Virus record (IMG/VR): IMGVR_UViG_3300045988_108212
Location: 1 to 64,000 of that record
Reading direction: 5' to 3' (one strand)
Source: a virus
DNA length: 64,000 nt
Shown: positions 1 through 9,754 of the stretch, piece by piece
How positions within the stretch are numbered: the stretch's first letter is position 1
Layout of the letters: each line of letters begins with the position of its first letter
Notes under the pieces: generated by a model
The model's input: only the letters and a program-made list of their open reading frames with translations
What the model was told of the DNA's origin: nothing
The model's database searches: none
Translations under genes and position numbers: made by a program

Positions 1-30
1 CTGACAAATGAAGATTTAACAGATTTAGTA

Positions 31-525
31 ATGCCTGTCTTAGACAATGACGATTATTCATATGAAGATAATTGGTTTGGATGTCGAATCAAAAAAAACT
101 TGAATGGACAGTTAAAAGACGTATCGCTCGTTGGTCATTGCAAGGATACACCTTATATGGAAGAAACAATTACAGATGCAAGATCAATGATTTTAATGGA
201 AACATATGTAAATACCAGTTCATCTATTCTTGACTACACATTGGTAATCAATGTTGTTGCCAGAAAAGATGTAATTGATTTAGATGATGATGAAAAGTCA
301 GAATGGCGTGAAAAAGGATACGCTGGCAATCGTTTAGATATGATTTGTCAAGCAATCAATCTTGCCTTAACTGACGAATCAATAAAAGACTCATTTGGTA
401 TCGGGGCTATGAGATTAGACACTCGTACAAGCCAGTTACAGTCTTTTAAGCCGAACACTAACTTTTATGGCAGGACAATGGTGTATCGGATTGATGATAT
501 AAATATGGAGTTGCTTTGTAAGTGA
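31..525 (+). CDS. hypothetical virion-module protein; the frame is open back to nt 1, so it may be 5'-truncated by the window edge
   Basis: 164-aa ORF. Its stop overlaps the GTG start of the next gene (GTGA). It lies upstream of the candidate major tail gene. Confidence 0.5.
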   Translation: MPVLDNDDYSYEDNWFGCRIKKNLNGQLKDVSLVGHCKDTPYMEETITDARSMILMETYVNTSSSILDYTLVINVVARKDVIDLDDDEKSEWREKGYAGNRLDMICQAINLALTDESIKDSFGIGAMRLDTRTSQLQSFKPNTNFYGRTMVYRIDDINMELLCK

Positions 526-1337
526 GTGACGTAAAACTTACTTATTCACAGCTACTGTCAAGCGAACCAATACCTGTTGGAATTGGGCATATTCAGCCAC
601 CTAAAATCAGTGATCGTAGGAGAATTGGCGAGGGATTATGGATGCAATATGCCAGCTATATGACATTGACAGTAGACAGCTACTACTCTGCTCTCCTGCC
701 AGATAAATATGATGCTTTTTTAGCATTACCTTATGAAGAACGAACAGATGTTAAATTATTTGATTTAGTATCAGAAAACACAGATGTTATACGAATTTAT
801 GTGAGAGCATTTTGCTTTTATTTTGTTGAAGATGTTGTGTATAGATTAAGAGCGAAAAGATTTGAGATCTTAAGAACGCACGAGAACGAAGAAACTGGTG
901 AAGTTGAATCACAAGTTGTTGGAGTTATTGATCGAGACATCTTTGATGATGTATTACATATTCTGATGCAAATTTCAAATATCAATAATGAACGCACAGT
1001 ATCCGAAGAATTATCAAAGCAAAAAGATCCTGTTGTTATCCAAATGCAGCGTAGACGTGATAAGGCAAAAGCTAAACGTACTCGTGGGAAAAACTTAGAT
1101 AAGCAAGATCCTAAATATGATATCGGTAATATTATCTCTGTTGTATGTGCGTACCACCCAAGTATTAATTTTACTAACGTAGGGCAGTTAACAATTCCTC
1201 AATTATATGATAATTTTCAAAGAATCTTAATTGATAGAAATTATCAAATCATGGCTCTTAATGCCAGCGTCTGGGGAACTGAAGGTAGTGACTTTAAAGA
1301 AGATTCATATTTGAAAAATCTCAAAGAGGAAAAATAA
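522..1337 (+). CDS. hypothetical structural-module protein
   Basis: 271-aa ORF translationally coupled to the upstream ORF. No family motif recognised. Confidence 0.55.
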   Translation: MSDVKLTYSQLLSSEPIPVGIGHIQPPKISDRRRIGEGLWMQYASYMTLTVDSYYSALLPDKYDAFLALPYEERTDVKLFDLVSENTDVIRIYVRAFCFYFVEDVVYRLRAKRFEILRTHENEETGEVESQVVGVIDRDIFDDVLHILMQISNINNERTVSEELSKQKDPVVIQMQRRRDKAKAKRTRGKNLDKQDPKYDIGNIISVVCAYHPSINFTNVGQLTIPQLYDNFQRILIDRNYQIMALNASVWGTEGSDFKEDSYLKNLKEEK

Positions 1338-1403
1338 GACCTATTTTTATGGGTCTTTTTTTAATACTAAAATTTAAAAATTCTAATGAAAGGATGTGAC
1401 AAA

Positions 1404-2138
1404 ATGGCAGCTAGTAAGAAATATGCAAGCCGTGACTGCGGTGTATTTGAGTTAACTAACTTAGCTACAAGCAAAAAGGCTTTAAGAGTTGATTATGCTA
1501 ATACAGTAACATTAAATATTACAGCAGATTCTGTAAAAGCTAAAAAGAGAGGTAGAGATGCTGTAACATTTGCTAACCCAATGGAAGGAACACTTGGATC
1601 AGAAATTCAGGTATATCCATTTGAGTTATTCTCTATCTTTGGTAACGGTACAATCACAGAAGGTGGAGATCGTGCAGAAATGAAGACGATCACTGCTACA
1701 GAAGCAGGAAAACTTACATTACCAGATCAGCCAAAAGACGGAACATTATTCGTTTACGGAAAAGGTGACGTTGGTGGAACACAGATTGAAGGAAGCGTAG
1801 CAGAAAAAGTATTTACAGCTACAACAGATAGCGAAATTGCTGTTGGTAAGAAATACGATGTATCTTATATTGTAAATGACTCTACACTTCAGTTAGTTAA
1901 GATTAACGATAATCAGGAATTAGCTGATTTCAGAGTTGACGCAGAAATCAACCAGAAATCTGAGCAGGGAGTTGTAACACCATTACATATCACTTGCTAC
2001 AAAGCTACTCCTCAGAGAAATATCGAATTAGCTTTCGCAGCTGAGGGAGATCCTATTACACTGAAGATCACATTTGACCTGATGACAGATGCAGATGATG
2101 AATTTGTAGATATTTATCAGATCAAGTCTTTAGCTTAA
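1404..2138 (+). CDS. candidate major tail (tube) protein
   Basis: ATG at 1404 follows AAAGGATG by 7 nt. The 244-aa protein sits upstream of the tape-measure gene and is followed by two strong stem-loops. The assignment rests on position and composition only. Confidence 0.5.
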   Translation: MAASKKYASRDCGVFELTNLATSKKALRVDYANTVTLNITADSVKAKKRGRDAVTFANPMEGTLGSEIQVYPFELFSIFGNGTITEGGDRAEMKTITATEAGKLTLPDQPKDGTLFVYGKGDVGGTQIEGSVAEKVFTATTDSEIAVGKKYDVSYIVNDSTLQLVKINDNQELADFRVDAEINQKSEQGVVTPLHITCYKATPQRNIELAFAAEGDPITLKITFDLMTDADDEFVDIYQIKSLA

Positions 2139-2156
2139 TTTAAGGACATTATTTAT

Positions 2157-2188
2157 CACTACTGGTTAGTTTATACTAATCAGTAGTG
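2157..2188 (+). terminator. 13-bp stem-loop after the major tail gene (possible terminator or mRNA stabiliser; no T-run)
   Basis: CACTACTGGTTAG (2157..2169) pairs with CTAATCAGTAGTG (2176..2188), with one G.U. Confidence 0.4.
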
Positions 2189-2260
2189 TATTAACTTGGA
2201 ATATTGAACATGAAAAAATATTGCAGTAATCATATTATAGTTTTACATTTTAGTTAGAAG

Positions 2261-2335
2261 ATAGGGAAGAGAACAAAACTTTAATATGGTTCACAAATTG
2301 GATTATATGATTTTTTGTTTTCTTCCCTATTTTTT
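2261..2335 (+). terminator. long hairpin with T-run
   Basis: ATAGGGAAGAGAACAAAA (2261..2278) pairs with TTTTGTTTTCTTCCCTAT (2313..2330), then TTTTT. Confidence 0.6.
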
Positions 2336-2362
2336 ACGATTTTAAAAGAAAGGGTGTATTTA

Positions 2363-2602
2363 TTGAATTCAGAAATTACAACGCCTGAGCAGTTGCAGGA
2401 AGCCTATAAAGATACAAAACTCATTCCTGTTACAAGTTTAGCACAGGTTAAGTTCTATGTGGAACATGGCGTACAACCACTTCTGGTCTATCCGTCTGAA
2501 CGTGCAGATATTATGGCGTTCTGGTATCCAAAAAAAGATACATACAGACTATATGTTGATTATAGAAAATATATTAACGATAAATATCAGGTAGGTGAAT
2601 AG
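2363..2602 (+). CDS. hypothetical protein
   Basis: The in-frame TTG at 2363 follows AAAGGGTG. The track start at 2315 lies inside the upstream terminator hairpin. Confidence 0.4.
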   Translation: MNSEITTPEQLQEAYKDTKLIPVTSLAQVKFYVEHGVQPLLVYPSERADIMAFWYPKKDTYRLYVDYRKYINDKYQVGE

Positions 2603-3131
2603 GTTGGCAAAGAATGTTGGTAAGAGATTTGAAGAAAATTGGAAAGCCAGTATTCCTTCAGACGTATTCTACTATCGTTTAAAAGATCAGGCGCAATCTT
2701 TTGGTGGTTGTAGTAATTTAAGATTTTCAAGTAAGAATCCTTGCGATTGTTTCTTATTCTCTTCTCCTTATATGTACGCATTGGAATTGAAAAGTGTTGG
2801 TACTTCTTCTATTTCTTTTGAACGTACCAAAGAAGAAAAAGGCGTGATTCATTATCATCAGATTAAAGGTTTAAGAGAATTTGTTAGTTACAGAAATATG
2901 ATCGCAGGGTTTTTATTTAATTTTAGAAAGAAAGATAACATGGAAACTACATATTTTCAACACATCAATGATTTTGACAGAATGATTGCTTCTATAGATA
3001 AAAAATCATTCAACGAAAAGGATTTAAAAAAATTCAATCCAATCATTGTTAATAGTCGAAAATTAAAAGTCAATTACAGATATCACGTATCTGAATTGCT
3101 TGAGAAGTTAAATAGAGAAATGGAGAGATAA
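2595..3131 (+). CDS. RecU-like PD-(D/E)xK Holliday-junction resolvase or nuclease
   Basis: GKRFEE near the N-terminus, DCFLFSSPYMYALELKS (D...ExK) and a downstream HQIKGL resemble the B. subtilis RecU motifs (DY..IDFEAKE, HQIEH). Comparison is from memory. Confidence 0.5.
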   Translation: MNRLAKNVGKRFEENWKASIPSDVFYYRLKDQAQSFGGCSNLRFSSKNPCDCFLFSSPYMYALELKSVGTSSISFERTKEEKGVIHYHQIKGLREFVSYRNMIAGFLFNFRKKDNMETTYFQHINDFDRMIASIDKKSFNEKDLKKFNPIIVNSRKLKVNYRYHVSELLEKLNREMER

Positions 3132-3135
3132 TTTT

Positions 3136-3816
3136 ATGGGTAAAATCGCTTTTGAAACAAGACATTATGAAGATGGGTCTTTAAATAGATTTGAGGCAAA
3201 TGATTTCGTTGAGGCGGTTGTCGCTTCTGCTTTCCCAGTAACTCAGGATGAAAACGGAATATCTAGTATGGACTATGATCCACTGAGTAAACTTATGGGA
3301 ATCAAGATGAATATTATCAAATTTTATGGAAACGTGGATTTAGAAAACATTGGCATTGAGGAATTATACGCACTTGCCTCAGATATCGATGTTGATGAAT
3401 TTGTCGATGAGAATGATATTAACAAAGTACAGTTTAAAGATATGTTAGCTGCAATTGATGAAAAATGTGGCTATATCAAACAGCAGTTAATTGCAAGTGC
3501 AATTGATATTAAACTTGACAGCAAAGATGTGAATTTCAAGGTCGAAGGTGTTGACGATTTAGTAGAATCTGTCGTGGCTTTAGCACCTGCTCTTGAATAT
3601 ATTAATGAAGTATTTGCCAAAGCTGATCCAGAAGTAACTCAGAAGATGATGCAGTATTTTGCAGATCATGGCTTTGACTTTACTGCCGAAGACATTACAA
3701 AAGCTGTTGTTGAATCTGATGATTTTCAGAAAAATAGAATTGATGCACTTGAAGCAATTAAACAGGGTGCCGCTGATGCAGTCAATAATAATGTAGTTTC
3801 TATTGACAGAAAGTAA
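3136..3816 (+). CDS. acidic hypothetical protein (possible tail assembly chaperone by position)
   Basis: 226-aa D/E-rich ORF between the tail tube gene and the tape-measure gene. No slippery or -1 frameshift partner was seen. Confidence 0.55.
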   Translation: MGKIAFETRHYEDGSLNRFEANDFVEAVVASAFPVTQDENGISSMDYDPLSKLMGIKMNIIKFYGNVDLENIGIEELYALASDIDVDEFVDENDINKVQFKDMLAAIDEKCGYIKQQLIASAIDIKLDSKDVNFKVEGVDDLVESVVALAPALEYINEVFAKADPEVTQKMMQYFADHGFDFTAEDITKAVVESDDFQKNRIDALEAIKQGAADAVNNNVVSIDRK

Positions 3817-3825
3817 GGTGATCTC

Positions 3826-4224
3826 ATGGGGAACATGGGCGCAATGGCTGGGTTATGGAGACAAATCCAGAATGAAATGCGTGATGCTGTAAGTGAAGCT
3901 GAGAGTAAAACATTCTTAACAGCCAACCAAGAGCTTACTGCTTCTTATGCTGGTGGAAAACCAAAGGAATATGAGCGAACATATCAGATGAAAAACTCCG
4001 CAAGAACAACTGGCGTTGTTGGTGGCGGAGATTCTGTTAGTGCCACTGTGTATCTTGATCAGGGATACAATTATGATACTGGAACTTACTCTACTCCTCA
4101 CGTCTTTTCAGAAGCAGAATCTGGGGGATCTGGTATCGTATTAACTTCTGGATTCTGGCAACGTACAGAGCAAAAAGCTCAACAATATGCTGAACAGGCA
4201 TTTGCAAAAAGATTTAAACAATAA
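3826..4224 (+). CDS. hypothetical structural-module protein
   Basis: 132-aa ORF. AAGGTG lies upstream of the ATG. Confidence 0.55.
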   Translation: MGNMGAMAGLWRQIQNEMRDAVSEAESKTFLTANQELTASYAGGKPKEYERTYQMKNSARTTGVVGGGDSVSATVYLDQGYNYDTGTYSTPHVFSEAESGGSGIVLTSGFWQRTEQKAQQYAEQAFAKRFKQ

Positions 4225-4289
4225 TTTCTTTTCACATCAAATCTGATGTAAATTTCACAAAAATAAAACCAAGATTTTATATGCTTATC

Positions 4290-4340
4290 AACCACAATAT
4301 ATATGATTCATTTTTACGAATACTACTATATATTGTGGTT
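4290..4340. repeat. perfect 14-bp inverted repeat upstream of the recombinase gene
   Basis: AACCACAATATATA (4290..4303) and TATATATTGTGGTT (4327..4340) are separated by 23 nt. Confidence 0.8.
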
Positions 4341-4371
4341 GTATTTATTTTACACATAGGAGGTTTTACCG

Positions 4372-5397
4372 TTGGCTAGATTTACGGTATATAACAAGAT
4401 TACATCTCCAGAAAAACTAGCATTGGTCAATAAAGATAACAAAGATTTAGGCAATGAGTGGTTAGATTACCTTGCTTCTGTTGATCGTGCGCAGAGTACG
4501 ATCAAAGGTTATCGCAATGACTTAGATATTTTCTGGTGTTGGAATCTGGAACATAATAAAAATAAGGACTTTGCTAAATTAACCAAACGTGACATTGCTA
4601 AATTTCAAAATCATGCAATTAACGTATGGGGGTGGAGTCCTAAACGAACAAGACGTGTTAAATCATGTCTTTCTTCTTTATCTGATTATATCGAAAATAT
4701 GTTAGATGAGGAAGAGGAATTTGAAGGATTCAGAAAAATTGTAAACAAGATTGAGAATCCTGCAAATGAGGCAGTGCGTGAGAAAACGATTCTGCCAGAT
4801 GAAAAAGTTGATGACTTATTAAAAACTCTTGTCGAACAAGAGAAATATGAAAAAGCGTGTGCTATCGCTATTGCTGCTTATTCTGGAATGAGAAAATCTG
4901 AAATCATTCAGATGAAGATGTCTTATTTTACTGAAGATGCTCTTGAATTTGATGGTGCTTTATATAAAACGCCAAAGATTCGTACCAAGGGTCGTGGTAA
5001 ATTAGGCAAGCAGTTAAACAAATTTATCCTTGTTGATGTTAAAAAGTACATTGATTTATGGGATAAACAACGCAAAGAACTTGGAGTTGACATTGATGAT
5101 ATCTTTGTAACAAAAGATAAAAATGGTTGGCATCGTAGATCCAATCTTGATAAATGGACAGCTGAATTCTCAGAGATGTTAGACGTAGACTTCTACTACC
5201 ATTGTATGAGACATTATACTTGTACTGCTTTCGCAAAGAAGAATATTCCGATTGATGTTATCAAAGAATTCTTTGGATGGTCTTCTACGGAATTGGTTGG
5301 TATTTACAACGATTCATCCGCAGAAGATGACTTCGGAAAATACTTTACAAAAGACGGTATCAAAGAAGGAAAACAAGGTTCTTTGTCTGATTTATAG
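4372..5397 (+). CDS. tyrosine recombinase (phage integrase / Xer-like), second copy in the window
   Basis: TTG start 8 nt after GGAGG. Catalytic pattern: SGMRKSE (R), HCMRHY (HxxR), GWSS, and Y in GIYND. An N-terminal SAM-like core-binding region is present. Confidence 0.8.
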   Translation: MARFTVYNKITSPEKLALVNKDNKDLGNEWLDYLASVDRAQSTIKGYRNDLDIFWCWNLEHNKNKDFAKLTKRDIAKFQNHAINVWGWSPKRTRRVKSCLSSLSDYIENMLDEEEEFEGFRKIVNKIENPANEAVREKTILPDEKVDDLLKTLVEQEKYEKACAIAIAAYSGMRKSEIIQMKMSYFTEDALEFDGALYKTPKIRTKGRGKLGKQLNKFILVDVKKYIDLWDKQRKELGVDIDDIFVTKDKNGWHRRSNLDKWTAEFSEMLDVDFYYHCMRHYTCTAFAKKNIPIDVIKEFFGWSSTELVGIYNDSSAEDDFGKYFTKDGIKEGKQGSLSDL

Positions 5398-5500
5398 CAC
5401 TGGCGAGAACACTCGCCACTTTAGTGGTGAGATGAATCGCCATCCAAAATAAAAAATATACATGAGCCGAAACCTAAAAAATAAAGTGAGGTGAGGAACA

Positions 5501-6604
5501 GTGGAAAAGGCTTATAAATACAGAATTTATCCAAACAAGAAGCAAAAAGAAATAATCGCAAAGACTTTTGGTTGTTGTAGATTTGTATACAATACATATC
5601 TTGCAAAGAGGATTGAAACATACGAAAAAGATAAAACTACATTTACATATGTACAGTGTGCAAATGACATGAAGAATCTTAAAACCAAATTAGAATGGCT
5701 TAAAGAAGTTGACTCTACTGCCCTTCAATCCTCGCTTAAAGATTTGGATTCTGCTTATCGAAAGTTCTTCAAAGAACATACTGGATATCCAAAATTTAAG
5801 TCAAAGAAAACGCACAGATATTCATACAAATCAAAATGTACTAATGGAAATATTCGTTATTGTGGCAAACATATTAAGCTGCCTAAGCTTGGAATGGTAA
5901 AGACAAAAAATAAGTTAATACCACAAGGTAGAATACTTAATGCCACTATATCACAAGCACCTAGTGGCAAATATTATGTATCACTTTGTTGCACTGATGT
6001 AGATATTAAACCATTAAAAAAAACTGGAAATTCCGTTGGTATTGATTTAGGAATTAAAGAGTTTTGTATTACGTCGGATGGAGAAATGATTGAAAATCCT
6101 AAATATCTTAATAAATCTTTGAACAAACTTGCCAAATTACAAAGAGAGCTGTCTCGAAAATCAAAAGGTAGCTCTAATCGTAATAAAGCAAGAATTAAAG
6201 TCGCAAAACTCCAAGAACATATTGCAAATCAGAGAAAGGATTTTCTTCAAAAATTATCTACGGAAATCATCAGAAACAATGATGTAATTTGTTTAGAGGA
6301 TTTGCAAGTATCAAACATGATTAAAAATCATAAACTTGCTAGATCTATTGCAGACGTATCATGGTCTGAATTTATTAGAGAATTAGAGTATAAAGCTAAT
6401 TGGTATAATAAAAAAGTGGTTAAGATAGATAAATTCTTTGCAAGTTCTCAGACTTGTAATGTGTGCGGATATGTCAATAAAGAAACTAAAAATCTCAGTG
6501 TTAGAGAATGGGATTGTCCTTGCTGTAATACTCATCATGACAGAGATATAAATGCAGCAATTAACATTATGAATGAAGGATTAAGGTTACTAAAAGTAGC
6601 CTAG
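5501..6604 (+). CDS. tnpB: TnpB RNA-guided nuclease (RuvC-like plus zinc finger)
   Basis: GIDLGIKEF (RuvC I), CLEDLQV (RuvC II), [24 protein letters not shown] (zinc finger plus RuvC III) and an OrfB-type N-terminus YRIYPN. Confidence 0.9.
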   Translation: MEKAYKYRIYPNKKQKEIIAKTFGCCRFVYNTYLAKRIETYEKDKTTFTYVQCANDMKNLKTKLEWLKEVDSTALQSSLKDLDSAYRKFFKEHTGYPKFKSKKTHRYSYKSKCTNGNIRYCGKHIKLPKLGMVKTKNKLIPQGRILNATISQAPSGKYYVSLCCTDVDIKPLKKTGNSVGIDLGIKEFCITSDGEMIENPKYLNKSLNKLAKLQRELSRKSKGSSNRNKARIKVAKLQEHIANQRKDFLQKLSTEIIRNNDVICLEDLQVSNMIKNHKLARSIADVSWSEFIRELEYKANWYNKKVVKIDKFFASSQTCNVCGYVNKETKNLSVREWDCPCCNTHHDRDINAAINIMNEGLRLLKVA

Positions 6605-6709
6605 AAACTATAAACAAAACCGCAGGAATTGTGGGGTTAGCTTGGTAAATATTTTGACGTTAGTCGGAAGTTCCCAAGAATCATGTGGCTTTAGCCATGT
6701 GAGGTTCAA
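6560..6709 (+). ncRNA. probable omega/right-end RNA scaffold of the TnpB element
   Basis: Hairpin-rich sequence overlaps the tnpB 3' end and runs to GGTTCAA. The guide would be the flank starting at 6710. Boundaries are approximate. Confidence 0.45.
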
Positions 6710-6767
6710 AGCACTGGAAAAATATACCTGTATACATACAACATATTACTATGATATACTCAAACTC

Positions 6768-7055
6768 GCAATGATCAATTACACAACAAAATCTATGATG
6801 TAACACCACTTATATAGTAGGAGATGATGTTATGATGATAGAGAATAGAAAAAATTACTATACACTTATTTGTGCTGAATGGAGTATGTATGGCGGAGGA
6901 ATAGTTATACATACAGAGGTAAATGTTGGTTCAGTCATCGAAGCACATGAATATGTTTTATCACATCTTTATGACTTCCCTACTGGTACATGGGTACTGA
7001 AGCCATGTTTGACAGCAATTAGTTAAACAATAAGTAACAAGTAATTGATCATTGC
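6768..7055. repeat. perfect 15-bp inverted repeats bracketing a small ORF
   Basis: GCAATGATCAATTAC (6768..6782) and GTAATTGATCATTGC (7041..7055). Confidence 0.8.
6832..7026 (+). CDS. hypothetical small protein
   Basis: 64-aa ORF preceded by GTAGGAGATG. It is enclosed by the 15-bp inverted repeats. Confidence 0.45.
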   Translation: MMIENRKNYYTLICAEWSMYGGGIVIHTEVNVGSVIEAHEYVLSHLYDFPTGTWVLKPCLTAIS

Positions 7056-7062
7056 CTTAATC

Positions 7063-7133
7063 GGACGGTTGGTATAATGGAATTATACTGGTCTCCAAAA
7101 CCAGAGATCGGGGTTCGATTCCCTGACCGTCTG
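7063..7133 (+). tRNA. tRNA-Trp (anticodon CCA), no encoded CCA tail
   Basis: Acceptor GGACGGT/ACCGTCT, anticodon stem CTGGT/ACCAG with loop CTCCAAA, and T-arm CGGGG-TTCGATT-CCCTG. The D-stem is short. Confidence 0.85.
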
Positions 7134-7154
7134 CTAATTATATACTGAAACGTA

Positions 7155-7181
7155 AAGAGTCTATTTTTTAGGCTCTTTTTT
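7155..7181 (+). terminator. rho-independent terminator after the tRNA
   Basis: AAGAGTCTA pairs with TAGGCTCTT, followed by a T-run. Confidence 0.7.
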
Positions 7182-7213
7182 GTTATGCACAAAATTATGA
7201 AAGAGGTGAGTAA

Positions 7214-9754
7214 ATGGATTTTCAAGCTGTCATTAAAGCAATATTAGAAAACAAAGGCACTGTTGAAAAACAGCTTAACGATCTTATAAAAGACAGGGAT
7301 GTTCATATTAATCCTACTGTCGGGACAAGCGGATCAACAAATACAACACTCAATAACCAAATTAAAAGACAGGCAAATGCTCAGGCAAAATCATATGTAC
7401 AATATAAGAAATCTGCAATTCAAAAGCAGATGAAACATGCTTCTGGGACATTCTATACTAGCGGAGAAACATCTATTGATAAAGGGCTTGTTAAACGTCA
7501 AAAAGAACAAGCCGAGGAAATGGCATCTGTAATTACTGACATTGCAAAAAATGAAGGTATTTCAGATAAGGAAGCTAAAAAATATGCGAAAAATGTTTCC
7601 AAAATACAAGAAAAAGCGCAGGATCAAGCTCTCAAAGAGCAAGAGAAAAACAACGCTAAATTTCAAGCAAAGCAAAAAGCTTTAAACGAAAAAGCTGCCA
7701 AAATTGAATCCGACATTCAAGCCAAGAAATTTGCATCAAAATCAAGCAAATATCAAAAACAATTTTCTGAGTATGTTGATAACAACAGTAAAGAATACAA
7801 TGAGTTTGGAATGAACGTCATTGATTACGATAAACAGCGAAAAGAACTAAACAGAATGTATGGCAACTTTCAGAAGAATCGAAGCGCTGAGAATCGTGAT
7901 CTGTTAATTGAGGCACACGCCAAACTTGAACAATATGATAAAAACACCGCAAGTAGTTTATCTTTATTAAATGCTTCTCCTAATAAAGTTCTTCAGAGCG
8001 ATGTTCAAAAACAAGTTGATAAACAACACAAAGAACAAGAAAAACAATATAGTAACTGGTTTAATCAAGCACTCAAAGAGCAAGAGAAAAAAGACTCTTA
8101 TGTAGAAAATGTTTCTAGGAATCTTGGAAATAAATCGTATGATGCTAATTTAGCGGCGCAGCAGAATAAATTAAATAGTTATTACACAGGTACTCAAGAA
8201 TATAAAAATGCAAGTAAATCTTTTAAGGAATATGAAAAGAATGTACAAGATTTACAAAAATTACATGCTCAGTATCAAGCAAAGCCTACTACCGCTAATC
8301 AGGGTGCAATCATTCAACAGAATGAGAAAGTAATTCAATCATATGAAAAACTAAATAATGAGATGAAAATTCTCAACTCAACTCAAACAAAAGCGCTGAA
8401 TCCTGGAGAGGGTACGATTCAAGCAAATAAGATCAGAACTTATTTAGAGAATAATACAAAAGCTGCAAAGGATTATGGCGCTGCCTTAGAAGAGATTGCA
8501 AAGAAGTCTGAATCTGCAACAACCAAAGGTGAATTGCAAGGAGCAAATCAAGACTTTAAGAAAATACAGTCTGAAATTTCTGCAAAAGGACTTACTGGAA
8601 ATTCAATGTTTTCAGAAGTTAAGCGTGGATTTAGTCAGATTTCTCAGTTTGTAGGAACATATGGTATCTTGCAATCTGGTATGAACAAAGCACAGGAAAT
8701 GGTGCAAAACACATACGATGTAGATAGTGCCATGACTCAGCTTCAGATGGCTACTGGTGTATCAAATGACAAAGCCAAAGATTTGATGAAAACATATTCA
8801 AATATGGGGCATCAATTAAAGGCTACTGGTACAGATGTTGCTGCTTCTTCTACTGAGTGGATGAAACAGGGACAAAGTGTTGAAAAGTCTAATAAACTTG
8901 CTGAAAATTCTATTAAACTGAGCAAGGTTGGCGGACTATCATCTAAAGATGCTACAAAGTATTTAACTTCTGCGAGAAAAGGTTATGGTGTTACAAGTGC
9001 CGAAGATACCTTAAAAATCGTAGATAAATTAAGTTCTGTAGATATGGCTTCTGCTACTGATGTTGGTGGTTTGGCAGAAGGTATGTCAGAAGTTGCAAAT
9101 ACAGCAAAAATTGCTGGAATCTCAATGGATAAATTGCTTGGGTATTTAGCCACAATCGGTGAAGTAACTCAGGAAGGTATGGGTTCCGTTGGTACTGGAT
9201 TAAATGCTGTTTTTGCACGTATGGGTAATATTAAATTATCAAGATTAAAAGATTACCAGAATAACGGAGAGGATCTTAGTAACGTGGAAACTGTTTTGCG
9301 TGGAGAAGGTATTAATCTGCGAGACAAAACAGATCAGTTCCGTAATTTTGGTGATGTTCTTGATGAAGTTGCTGGCAATTGGAATAATTATAGTGACGTG
9401 TCTCAACGTGCAATCGCACAGTCTTTCGCTGGCACACATCATATGAATGAGTTCATTACCCTTATGAGCAATTACGGTAAAGCTCAAGAATACGAGAAAG
9501 TATCCGAAAATTCTGCTGGATCTACGGACAAAAAGTACAAAGTTTATGAGAATAGTTTGGAAGGACGAACAGAAGATCTTAAAAACTCATTCCAATCTAT
9601 CTCAACAACATTTGCTGATAAAAACCTTCTTGGTGGAGGAATTACTTTACTATCAAATGTTCTTAATGTAGTTAATAAATTAGTAAGTAGTTTTGGATTA
9701 TTGCAAACTGCTGCCGCTGGCTTTGCTGGCATTAAACTTTTTAAAAACCTAGGT
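7214..9754 (+). CDS. tail tape-measure protein, exon 1 (847 codons; the unspliced ORF stops at 9755..9757)
   Basis: AAAGAGGTGAG RBS. A K/Q/E-rich coiled-coil N-terminus is followed by a TP901-type TMP core (MTQLQMATG...GHQLKATGTDVAASSTEWMKQG...ATDVGGLAEGMS). Confidence 0.85.

Larger units (their letters stand above)
5398..6709 (+). mobile_element. TnpB-only IS200/IS605-family (IS1341-like) element
   Basis: A left-end hairpin TGGCGAG/CTCGCCA lies directly after the recombinase stop. The right end has a CATGTGGCT/GCCATGTG hairpin followed by GGTTCAA. The 8-mer AGCACTGG occurs at both borders (5396..5403, 6710..6717). No Y1 TnpA is present. Confidence 0.65.

Noticed and set aside
3136-4224. Programmed -1 frameshift tail-chaperone pair (gpG/gpGT-like)
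   Set aside because: The two ORFs are separated by a stop, an SD and an ATG in a normal intergenic arrangement. No overlapping -1 ORF or slippery heptamer was seen.
4372-6717. Tyrosine recombinase plus TnpB as one composite transposon
   Set aside because: The TnpB unit has its own IS200/IS605-type hairpin ends, beginning exactly after the recombinase stop. No shared terminal repeats enclose both genes. They were kept as separate observations.
7063-7133. The phage tRNA as a suppressor explaining the in-frame TAG (46804) or the TGA (9755)
   Set aside because: The anticodon loop reads CTCCAAA, so the anticodon is CCA and decodes UGG (Trp). It is not a CUA or UCA suppressor.
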